Shown piece after piece: positions 1-8,118 of a stretch of DNA of 32,000 nt; the stretch's first letter is position 1, and each line of letters opens with the position of its first letter. Made by a program: the position numbers and the translations under genes. The notes under the pieces were generated by a model, which was not told the DNA's origin, made no database searches, and saw nothing but the letters and a program-made list of their open reading frames with translations. This DNA is from Candidatus Heimdallarchaeota archaeon (GTDB taxonomy: Archaea; Asgardarchaeota; Heimdallarchaeia; JABLTI01): positions 1 through 32,000 of the forward strand of contig JAUWKS010000037.1 of NCBI GenBank assembly GCA_030614005.1, given 5' to 3'.

Positions 1-204
1 AGTCGGTATACGGCACGGGGCTGGAGCCTCGAAGGCTGTTGACTTTTTGGTAGTCAGTAAAGAACTATGCTTCTTCCTTGTTTAAAGTCCTTTTCTCTGG
101 AGATTGCTGAAAGTATTCCTCGTGCTACATAAAATTACTTGATCTTCAAGCGTTTATTCTTCTCCATGTCTTATTTGTCCATATTTCATGACAGCAGTTG
201 AAGC

Positions 205-762
205 CCTCGATTCAAAGAACTATCTGGGGAGATATTTGCAGATGTAGAATTTGATACTTTTCTTCGTGCTTTAAATAAAGTAAATCCATCCAAGATTCGT
301 GTTGAAGCGGATCCAGTAACCTACTCACTTCATATTATTTTGCGCTATGAAATCGAGAAGGAACTATTCGCTGGAAAACTTTCTTTAGATGACTTGCCAA
401 AGGTTTGGAATCAAAAAATGAAAGATTATCTGGGAATTGAAATTGAAAATGATGCAGAAGGTGTCTTACAAGATACTCATTGGGCTGGTGGTGGTTTTGG
501 CTACTTCCCTGATTATGCGTTGGGTAATATATATGATGGGCAGCTTCTCTGGAAGATGGAACAGGATATTCCTAATTGGAGAGCTCAAGTTAAAAAAGGT
601 GATAACTCAAAAATCGTAAAATGGATGATTGACCAAGTTCATCAAAAAGGCAATATTCTAGATGCACTCGATTTAATCAAAGAAATTACCGGTAAAGAAC
701 TGTCAACAAAATACTTCCTAGATTATTTACAAAACGAATACAAAAAATTGTATAATTTGTAG
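205..762 (+). pseudogene. Peptidase M32 (thermostable carboxypeptidase) C-terminal part, 5' truncated
   Basis: Frame 1 reads PRFKELSGEIFADVEFDTFLRALNKVNPSKIRVEADPVTYSLHIILRYE...QDTHWAGGGFGYFPDYALG, matching the M32 IR-x-EAD and QDxHW..G.FGYFP.YALG motifs. In-frame stops at 40, 58, 130 and 199; no HExxH region upstream. Confidence 0.85.
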
Positions 763-785
763 GAAAATTCTCTTCGGAGATTTTC
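763..785 (+). terminator. Stem-loop with UUCG tetraloop directly after the M32 stop
   Basis: GAAAAT-TCTC-TTCG-GAGA-TTTTC, one bulged base, followed by a pyrimidine run. Confidence 0.45.
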
Positions 786-808
786 TTCCAAAACTTCAAA
801 CATAAGGA

Positions 809-1407
809 TTGTCGATATATTTGTTATTCAAAGATATTGTTGATAAATTTGATTGGGCTTTAATAGAAAAAAGATTTTTTGAAATCTACCCTGATATGAA
901 TCATAATAGTGAAAAATTCACCAACGTTCTTAAGACACTGAAAGAACTACCAATAGATACAGCAGAGGAAGATATTGTTTTACTAATCGTTCATATTACT
1001 GAGGATTATACTAAGAAACCTGCTGATTATCATGAAGTAACCGGTTTCAATCTTGATAAGGAAGAAAATTTTGGAATAGCCTTTATGTCATGGGAAAAAT
1101 GGCTAGGTATGGATGTTCGTCACAAACACTAACTAACTATGATCTTGAGAGTATTTTGATTCACAGTATTTGGGAAATGACCTATTATGGTTTTACTCAG
1201 GATGAAATTCTAGAAGAAAGGTCTGGGACTAAAAATGAAGATGAGTTTAGAACAGTAACTCTTAGTAACGGTTTAGAAATACAAATTCCATTGGTGATGT
1301 TTGACGACGAAGAAGAAGCTTTAAACGCCTTCATTAAAAGGATTGAACAATTTTCTGGTACGAAAGAAGAATTAATGAAGAAAATTGAAGAAGGCAAAGC
1401 TTTCTAA
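809..1407 (+). pseudogene. Single ~199-aa hypothetical gene (DUF6557-like) split by one missing base; pseudogene or sequence error
   Basis: ORF 809-1132 (...IAFMSWEKWLGMDVRHK) continues in another frame as TLTNYDLESILIHSIWEMTYYGF. One extra A in the AAA run at 1124-1126 fuses them into the continuous F..W..WLGM....TL.......I.H...EMT..GF pattern. Confidence 0.65.
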
Positions 1408-1519
1408 AATAATTGTTTCTTTCAGCATTCTGCAATGAATTTTAGCCTTTTTTTGTCTTTTTAATCAGTATATTTCGAAATATATAATATTAGCTGAGTT
1501 CAATACTCACTAAAATCAT

Positions 1520-2308
1520 GTGGAATTACCATTTATGAAATCTCCATCTGGAATTGATGATATAGCCATTACGGATTCTGAGGATATAGCTGTCAGTCGG
1601 TCTCAAGAGTTATGTGACTTGATAATCCATTTTACCCCTCAACAGAAAACTGATGATTTTTACAAATGGTTAAAGGAATTTTCACAATACAATATTGAAT
1701 ACCCACGAAACAAAGAAATACATGATGTCTTAGCAAAATCTTTGAAAGAAGCAATTCGATTATTTGGTGAGCGAAAAACCTTTGCAGATATGTTGTATGT
1801 TCTTGATGAATTATACTCTCTTTACGCAAAGAGTTTTGAATCTGAATATATGAGTGAAATATTAGCGGAAGCATATGCTGTTGCGATTTTCTATCTACGA
1901 GGTTCGTGGGATATCGAAGGAACATCAACACTTCTAAAACGACTTCGAGATTTGCTTAAAAACCATCCCAAGAATAACAAAATCGCTGTGCAATATGCAA
2001 AAAGTTATTCCGATGCAATAAATCGTTTTTGTTCCGACAGGCATAATTTTACTTGCGATAAGCTCTTGTTTGAATTACGTATGTTTGCAAATAAAACCAA
2101 AGACAATGAATCGATTCAATATGAGTTTGCTCAAGCATTAACAAGTGTTATTGGCACATTTGCCCGAGAAGAACGTTTTGAAGAGCTTGAAAGAGTTTTG
2201 AATGAATTGCGTCAAATTGCTAGTAGATTCCCTAAAAGTGAGAAAATTCAATTACTCTTAACTCGTGGAACTATTCTCTCATCTCTTGCAGATAATAGCG
2301 CCGAGTAA
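1520..2308 (+). CDS. Alpha-solenoid (TPR/HEAT-like) repeat protein, 44-aa period
   Basis: Turn motifs YPRNKEI (P62), HPKNNKI (P150) and FPKSEKI (P238) are spaced 88 aa apart, with intermediate units near aa 106 and 194. Each is followed by a LAK/YAK/FAQ-type helix. Confidence 0.7.
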   Translation: MELPFMKSPSGIDDIAITDSEDIAVSRSQELCDLIIHFTPQQKTDDFYKWLKEFSQYNIEYPRNKEIHDVLAKSLKEAIRLFGERKTFADMLYVLDELYSLYAKSFESEYMSEILAEAYAVAIFYLRGSWDIEGTSTLLKRLRDLLKNHPKNNKIAVQYAKSYSDAINRFCSDRHNFTCDKLLFELRMFANKTKDNESIQYEFAQALTSVIGTFAREERFEELERVLNELRQIASRFPKSEKIQLLLTRGTILSSLADNSAE

Positions 2309-2341
2309 TTTTTAAAAAAAAGAGAAAAAAAGAAGAATGTT

Positions 2342-2801
2342 TTATTGATTTTTTCTTCTTTTCATTCTTATCAGACCAAAGGAAATTATTGCTAATGTAC
2401 TAATAAGAAATATTCCACTTAAAGTAAACAGTTCAAGACAATATTATTTGTTGGTTCTAAACCATTGATGATATTTGTTACACCAATTTTTGGGTCATGG
2501 ATAATGATCTCTCCATGTTGGTAATTCAAAAAGATCTTTTGTTCTTCATCGTCGATATCTTCAGGATTGGTTAAAACAGGCGTTTCTTCTCCATCTATGG
2601 TAGCATTTCCAACCCAAGAGAAAAAGCCAATATAATCATCCACATTGATTTCTATTTCTTCTTCATCTTCGTCATTTATATCAAATATCAGAAAATTATC
2701 ATTGGAACCATTTGCGAAAGAAATAGCTGTTGTAGATATAATTATTCAATTAGAAATAGTGAGAGGAGGACCTGTAAATCTTTTTTAAGTAATTGTTTCA
2801 T
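2342..2801 (-). pseudogene. Small secreted, C-terminally membrane-anchored protein (~153 aa if repaired) with two single-base frameshifts
   Basis: ATG at 2801 gives MKQLLKKDLQVLLSLFLI. Adding a G at 2747 continues G-IIISTTAISFANG (signal peptide) into ORF 2643-2419. Adding a G at 2439 continues GLELFTLSGIFLISTLAIISFGLIRMKRRKNQ* (TM helix plus basic tail, stop at 2344-2342). Confidence 0.65.
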
Positions 2802-2974
2802 TTAATTTTTCATCTTCAAAATAAATTCGACTAAGAATTTAGTCGATAGATACCATATGGAGGATTTTCCGTATATATGATTACGATTAGAAACTAATGA
2901 ATAAATGGAAAATTTATTTAGTATCTAAAAATGGGCTTATTTTATTGTGAATACTTTCGTCTTAATCTTGCCAT

Positions 2975-2989
2975 TGTCTTTAAAAGACA
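2975..2989. promoter_or_regulatory. 15-bp palindrome in the divergent intergenic region; possible operator
   Basis: TGTCTTT-A-AAAGACA: perfect 7-bp arms, about 90 bp upstream of ATG 3079. Confidence 0.25.
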
Positions 2990-3078
2990 TAATCTTTTTT
3001 TGTGTATAATAACCTTAATTCTAACTACCATTTAATTGTTAATTGTAGGAGAAAATAAATTCAGGGTTTGAGTCTTCG

Positions 3079-3951
3079 ATGTCTGAAAAACAAAAAGAAA
3101 TTTTGATTGCTGTAAAGGAAAATGTGGAAAAAATTGAATCTGAACGATATAATTCCGAAGATCCAGTTGTTACTATTGGTAAAAGTGATTCTCATCAAGA
3201 AGTAATAGTGAAATTACTAACATCAGAACGAACTGGTGCACCATTAATACTAGAAAAGGAAACGCTTAACCCAGCAGAAGATTTGGCTAAGGGGAATTTT
3301 TCTAAAGGTGTTCGAGCGTTGAATTCTTGGCAATTTAGAAAAAGTTCTGCTCATTTTACAGAAGCAGCAAACCTTGCCCGCGAACTAGTTTTACAACAAA
3401 GAATCAATCTCTATAAACAGCTACATCCATTATTGCAATCTGCTGTTTTGACATCACCTGATAAAATAGTAAAAAGTAAAGGAAAATTATTCACCGAAGT
3501 TCTTAATTCACTGAAAAAATATGATAAATTGTCTGAAGATGAGCAATATTATTATCAAAGGACTATAGATTCTCTTTTTGGTATTGCCGGTTTACTTGTT
3601 GCTGGTGATAAAAAAACACGCACTCAACAGCTATTTGCAAGATGCACTATTTCTTTAGGTAATCGTGAATATCTCGCAGCTAATATTTGGTTGTATAAAA
3701 TTTATTTACTGAACAAAAATGCATTTGATTCCATAGTTGATAGTGATAAAATTTTTCAAAAAGCACTCAAATCTCTCCAATTATTCGTTGAAGTAGAAAC
3801 AGGTCTTAAAGGATCTATTGAAGATTTGCCAACAATGGCAAGTGCTTTTGATTTACAAACTATTTTTGCTGATCATCTTAAAACTATTTTTGACGTTGAA
3901 TTCGTTGCTGAAACAAAGAAAGACTTTAGTTTTCAACAATTTCGTATGTAG
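3079..3951 (+). CDS. Hypothetical, mostly helical protein; weak resemblance to the middle of TIGR02710/Csm6-like proteins
   Basis: Segments LNPAEDLAKGNFSKGVRALNSWQFRKSSAHF and QQLFARCTISLGNREYLAANIWLYK recall the NP...A...FN...F..A and dLl.nA.RR..g.Y..A...LY patterns. No R-x4-6-H HEPN motif and no full CARF domain. Confidence 0.6.
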   Translation: MSEKQKEILIAVKENVEKIESERYNSEDPVVTIGKSDSHQEVIVKLLTSERTGAPLILEKETLNPAEDLAKGNFSKGVRALNSWQFRKSSAHFTEAANLARELVLQQRINLYKQLHPLLQSAVLTSPDKIVKSKGKLFTEVLNSLKKYDKLSEDEQYYYQRTIDSLFGIAGLLVAGDKKTRTQQLFARCTISLGNREYLAANIWLYKIYLLNKNAFDSIVDSDKIFQKALKSLQLFVEVETGLKGSIEDLPTMASAFDLQTIFADHLKTIFDVEFVAETKKDFSFQQFRM

Positions 3952-3968
3952 TATTTGGAGTCGATAGC

Positions 3969-6900
3969 ATGGAACACATCACAAAGAGTCTCGAGATACT
4001 CCAAAAAACACCGGGAGAACCACAGTTTGTTGATTTTCAAGTTCTTGCTGTTAGGCTGCGGGATGCAGAAAGAGGGTATCACTTAGCTCTACGTATACTT
4101 GAACCTGAAACTAGAAACCAAATATGCAAAGCAATTATTTATCCGATGGAATGGTACCCAGGACGGTATGACGATCCTTCATTTTCACATTATCACAGTG
4201 TTCTTAGATATTGTTATGCTGGACTCACCTCCGAAGGAAGACCTGCTGAACTGCTGCTACAAGTTATGAAAGCTGTTTGGAAACCTGAAAAACCAAAACC
4301 ATCTGAAAAATCTACTGGTACTCATCTAGGTCAATTAGTAATTCTCAAATTTATTATTTCACCTGATTACAATATAACAGGTGGTGAACTCGAGTTAGCT
4401 TTTAATTGCCCTGCTAAATATTTTTATGAATCATTCCTAGGGTTACAAAGAGCGATTCGTAATGCTCCTACGTCTATTGGATTTGTTAGAGGAAATGCTA
4501 TTCATAAAGGAATACAATATGCTTCAAATGAATGGGTGCAAAGTGCTGACCCTGTAGCTGCAATGAAATCGTACAATAGAGCAGTTATTGATGAGTGGAG
4601 AGATAATTTTGCTGTTTTACTTCGCAAAAATTATTTTAGAGGCCCAACAAAAGATTTGAAATTACCTGTTCAAGTAGATTCCATAGTAGTTGATCAAATA
4701 GCTGAAAAATTCACTGGTATAAAAGAAACGCAACTGTTGAACGAATGTCTATTATTTTCACCTGAAAGAGGTATTTCCGGGAGAGCAGATCAGATCATAC
4801 TAAAGGAAGATCAAGATGAACTTTGGGAGATAAAAACAGGGAGTAGATATTTCATTGAATCTGACTATGATCCCTTAACTGGAGTAACTCATCCTGGCGG
4901 GATACAAGCATTTGCCTATCATGACATCGTGAAAAAAGTGCTAGGACGAGCTCCAAAAGTTTTCATTGAATTTTTTGATGCTGATGCAGGAATGGAGGAG
5001 GGTAATCCAGAGATAATTCCATTGCAAGATCATGCTGTAATAAAGAGGAGAAAAATAGATCTTTCCAACACTCAAAGTGATGAATATCTTGACTTGCTTC
5101 TTCAAACAAGAAACATATCATTTGCAATTGAATCTGGTTTACTGTCTGGGTATGATCGCTATAAAATAAACAAATTCCTATCAAGAAGATTCATGCCTGC
5201 TTTAGGGACAGATTTTAACCTTCTTAGCAGCAATTGGAATCGTATTTGCAATTACTGTCCTTCAAATCAACAAGGTATTTGTTCTGATGGTCGAATTCGA
5301 TTAGATACAGACATCTGGTTACATTTCCCTCAAGATTTGTATGAATACTGGTCTTGGTATTTCAGACAATTAAGATTTGAATTAAATAATGTTAAAAGAC
5401 ATCTACATCGACTCGCAACAACACAAATTTCTGTCCTTGAAGAACAAGGAGTCACTATCTCAGATCTCGAGATGAAAAAATTTGACCCGTACAGATATAT
5501 TCTCACTTTATCTTCAAAAAAGAGGATTTTCACCCGAATTCGTGAAGGTGACAGTGTTTTTGTCACTCCTTCCACATTGAAACCGGGAGAAATTTTTAGT
5601 GTAGAGGGGAAAGTTGAATCTCTCACTACAGATGAAGTGGTCATTAAAACACGCTCTACTTTAAAGTCTCGAGGTAAACAGTCAAAAGAATTTAGGATAG
5701 ATCAAGTACAAAATGTAATTTTTTCCAAATGGCAAACTCGCTCTCTCACTGATTTCCTCTTTGAATCAATGAGGAGAACGAATATTCTAGGTAGAAAGTT
5801 ATCTAGTAAAGAATTGCCTAGAACAGTACAGCTTATTATTGGAACCACAAAACCGCGAAAAATTAAACCCGTTAGTAGAAAACGATTACTAAAGAATTTA
5901 GACAAATTTAAGGTTGAAGCGATCGAAAAAGCATTAGGTTTGGAACCAGGTGAATTTCTGTTAGTTCAAGGACCACCCGGAACTGGAAAAACAAGAATGA
6001 TCTCTCAACTTGCTCGAGAAATTTTCTCCGAAAAATATCTTCTTCATTCAAAAGATACTAATGAAACGGATTATACTCTTCCAAAACCAGTTCTCATTCT
6101 AGCAAATACTCACAGAGCTGCAGATGAAGTTATTATAAAATTGCGTTCATTTGAAGATTTGAAACCGTATATTGTCAGATTGGAATCTTATTCAAAAAAT
6201 CATCCTAAAGAAGTTCAAGAGTTTATTATTCCAAATAGAGTTGAATACTCAGAACACTTTAAAGAAAAAGCAGACCCTAATCTTTTGGTTTCTATTCTTA
6301 AGAAAGGCATAGCTATGTACAAACAAGCAGGAATCATTGTTGGTACTCTGGGAAGTGTTGGTAATAATCTCTTAAAGGGTTTAAATTTTAATTGGGTAAT
6401 TATTGATGAAGCTGGGCAAGCTACTGAGCCTGCTTCACTAGGTGCACTCCGCCATTTATGTCCACCTTCCGATTCAGAAGATGGTTATCCACGAATAGTT
6501 TTAGTTGGGGATCACAATCAATTACCTCCCGTAGTTTCGGAAGAAACAATTGAACACACTCCACCTGTTCCTAAAGTGCTTCTCAAATCCGGTTTAACGA
6601 AAACAGATACGCTCAAGACATCACTTTTTGAACGATTGTTCCGAATGTGGAAAGAGAAATCTAACAACGTTGTTATCTTAGCTGATCAATATCGAATGAA
6701 TGAGGCAATTTCAAGAATAATTAAAAATGCTTTTTATCCTAAAATAAACTACGTTCCTGCTAATGATTCTATTGGAAAGCATACTTTGAAGGATTTTTTG
6801 GGTGCTTTCACTCCTACACGAACGCTAGATCCAAAGAAATTATCAAACCAAATTTTCGATTATAAAATACCTATTGTTTTACTAAACTCGGAAAACGACC

Positions 6901-7448
6901 CAAATGGTCTGGAAGGAGTAGAGGATACTGAAATTCAAACCGAATCTCGTTTTAATATTCGAGAAGCAAAAATAATTGGCTCATTACTAGCTGAATTTCT
7001 AATGAATTATTCTGAAGAGGATCAAATTGTCATAGCAAAACAAATAGGAGTAATTTCTCCCTACCGTCATCAGAATAATTTGATTTATGGTGAATTGCGT
7101 ACGAAGAAATTCTCTGCTGCTGTTATTGAGCAGATAAGAGTTGATACCGTTGATAGATATCAGGGTGATGAGCGAGAAATTATCCTCTTGAGTTTAACAA
7201 ATAGTAACGAACTTAATGCTATCGGTCAGTTGCATCGCGAATGGCGACGAATGAATGTTTCAATCAGTAGAGCCAAAGCTAAGCTTGTAATCATAGGCAA
7301 TAAACAAACTTTCATTTCACCCAGTTCTGAAAGCAAAGATGCTGAAGCAAAAGAAAAATTCAAGAAAATGTTTGATACGATTGAGGTATTAAAGAACGAA
7401 AAATTAGCTTTAGAACTTCCTACAGCGAAACTATTCACTGATGAATGA
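3969..7448 (+). CDS. Dna2-like nuclease-helicase: Cas4/AddB-type Fe-S PD-(D/E)XK nuclease fused to a Upf1-like SF1 helicase
   Basis: Nuclease: IISPDYNITGGE..FNCPAK, RGNAIH, GRADQII, WEIKTG, QAFAY, CNYCPSNQQGIC. Helicase: QGPPGTGKT, ANTHRAAD, IDEAGQ, GDHNQLPP, QYRMN, ISPYRHQ, TVDRYQGDE, RRMNVSISRAK. Confidence 0.9.
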   Translation: MEHITKSLEILQKTPGEPQFVDFQVLAVRLRDAERGYHLALRILEPETRNQICKAIIYPMEWYPGRYDDPSFSHYHSVLRYCYAGLTSEGRPAELLLQVMKAVWKPEKPKPSEKSTGTHLGQLVILKFIISPDYNITGGELELAFNCPAKYFYESFLGLQRAIRNAPTSIGFVRGNAIHKGIQYASNEWVQSADPVAAMKSYNRAVIDEWRDNFAVLLRKNYFRGPTKDLKLPVQVDSIVVDQIAEKFTGIKETQLLNECLLFSPERGISGRADQIILKEDQDELWEIKTGSRYFIESDYDPLTGVTHPGGIQAFAYHDIVKKVLGRAPKVFIEFFDADAGMEEGNPEIIPLQDHAVIKRRKIDLSNTQSDEYLDLLLQTRNISFAIESGLLSGYDRYKINKFLSRRFMPALGTDFNLLSSNWNRICNYCPSNQQGICSDGRIRLDTDIWLHFPQDLYEYWSWYFRQLRFELNNVKRHLHRLATTQISVLEEQGVTISDLEMKKFDPYRYILTLSSKKRIFTRIREGDSVFVTPSTLKPGEIFSVEGKVESLTTDEVVIKTRSTLKSRGKQSKEFRIDQVQNVIFSKWQTRSLTDFLFESMRRTNILGRKLSSKELPRTVQLIIGTTKPRKIKPVSRKRLLKNLDKFKVEAIEKALGLEPGEFLLVQGPPGTGKTRMISQLAREIFSEKYLLHSKDTNETDYTLPKPVLILANTHRAADEVIIKLRSFEDLKPYIVRLESYSKNHPKEVQEFIIPNRVEYSEHFKEKADPNLLVSILKKGIAMYKQAGIIVGTLGSVGNNLLKGLNFNWVIIDEAGQATEPASLGALRHLCPPSDSEDGYPRIVLVGDHNQLPPVVSEETIEHTPPVPKVLLKSGLTKTDTLKTSLFERLFRMWKEKSNNVVILADQYRMNEAISRIIKNAFYPKINYVPANDSIGKHTLKDFLGAFTPTRTLDPKKLSNQIFDYKIPIVLLNSENDPNGLEGVEDTEIQTESRFNIREAKIIGSLLAEFLMNYSEEDQIVIAKQIGVISPYRHQNNLIYGELRTKKFSAAVIEQIRVDTVDRYQGDEREIILLSLTNSNELNAIGQLHREWRRMNVSISRAKAKLVIIGNKQTFISPSSESKDAEAKEKFKKMFDTIEVLKNEKLALELPTAKLFTDE

Positions 7449-7477
7449 ACTGAATTAACAAGAGGATATGATTGATT

Positions 7478-8008
7478 ATGTTAACGGCAGAAAAATTACC
7501 GGAAATAATAGCTGAGCTTTTGGCTTTAGAAGAAATTGGATGTACATATGATTTCAAAGAACGCTATGGTGTTGGGTTAAATAGTTTAGAGGTATTAGGC
7601 TTAACTAAGCTTATCAAAACGCGTATTCCAAAATGTGGTGATCATTGTACAAAATACCGTGATTGTCAATATATACCATTGTTTGAAAAAAGAAAGAGCA
7701 AAACAAAATATCGATTAACTAAAGAAGGAAAAATTCTAGCTGATTATCTTTCTTCTGATGCTGTCACTAGCGCGAATATCAAATCATTGCTTCAAAAAGA
7801 ATTCAGTAATTATTCCTTTGTAGATTTGATTCTGTCTCTTCTGATGGATAACCCCGAATTAGCAATTGAGAAATTAGTTTCAAGCATTTTAGAAACTACC
7901 AACTCAACACTATACAGTATTCGTACTTCTATTCGAGATATTTTGGATTTACTTGTATCATTAGAGTTACTGGTTATACACGAAGGGAAAATAACCATTT
8001 ATACTTGA
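7478..8008 (+). CDS. Putative tandem winged-helix protein with a Cys cluster
   Basis: LEVLGL...KYRLTKEGK wing-type motif with the insert KCGDHCTKYRDC; second wHTH-like unit ending ILDLLVSLELLVIHEGKI. ATG 7478 follows GAGGA. Confidence 0.6.
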   Translation: MLTAEKLPEIIAELLALEEIGCTYDFKERYGVGLNSLEVLGLTKLIKTRIPKCGDHCTKYRDCQYIPLFEKRKSKTKYRLTKEGKILADYLSSDAVTSANIKSLLQKEFSNYSFVDLILSLLMDNPELAIEKLVSSILETTNSTLYSIRTSIRDILDLLVSLELLVIHEGKITIYT

Positions 8009-8118
8009 AAGAATGATTTTTAAGTGGTATTTGAGTGATATATTAATTAATTTAGCTGTAAAGAGACAAAGATATTTTATAGTCATAAATCATTCAAATT
8101 TAGAGCTTAAATTGTGTT

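Noticed and set aside
1-85. Frame-2 open stretch as a second TnpB tail
   Set aside because: No DRD or Zn-ribbon motif is visible and there is no similarity to the right-hand element end; cannot be supported.
199-201. TGA read-through (Sec or alternative code) to extend the M32 gene
   Set aside because: The upstream frame has TAA at 130 and no M32 similarity; normal genes here (helicase, iorA) end in TGA.
1121-1132. Programmed -1 frameshift in the DUF6557-like gene
   Set aside because: No X-XXY-YYZ slippery heptamer; a single-base loss is simpler.
3969-5300. Stand-alone cas4 / CRISPR locus
   Set aside because: The nuclease is fused to an SF1 helicase (Dna2 layout); no cas1, cas2 or repeat-spacer array in the window.
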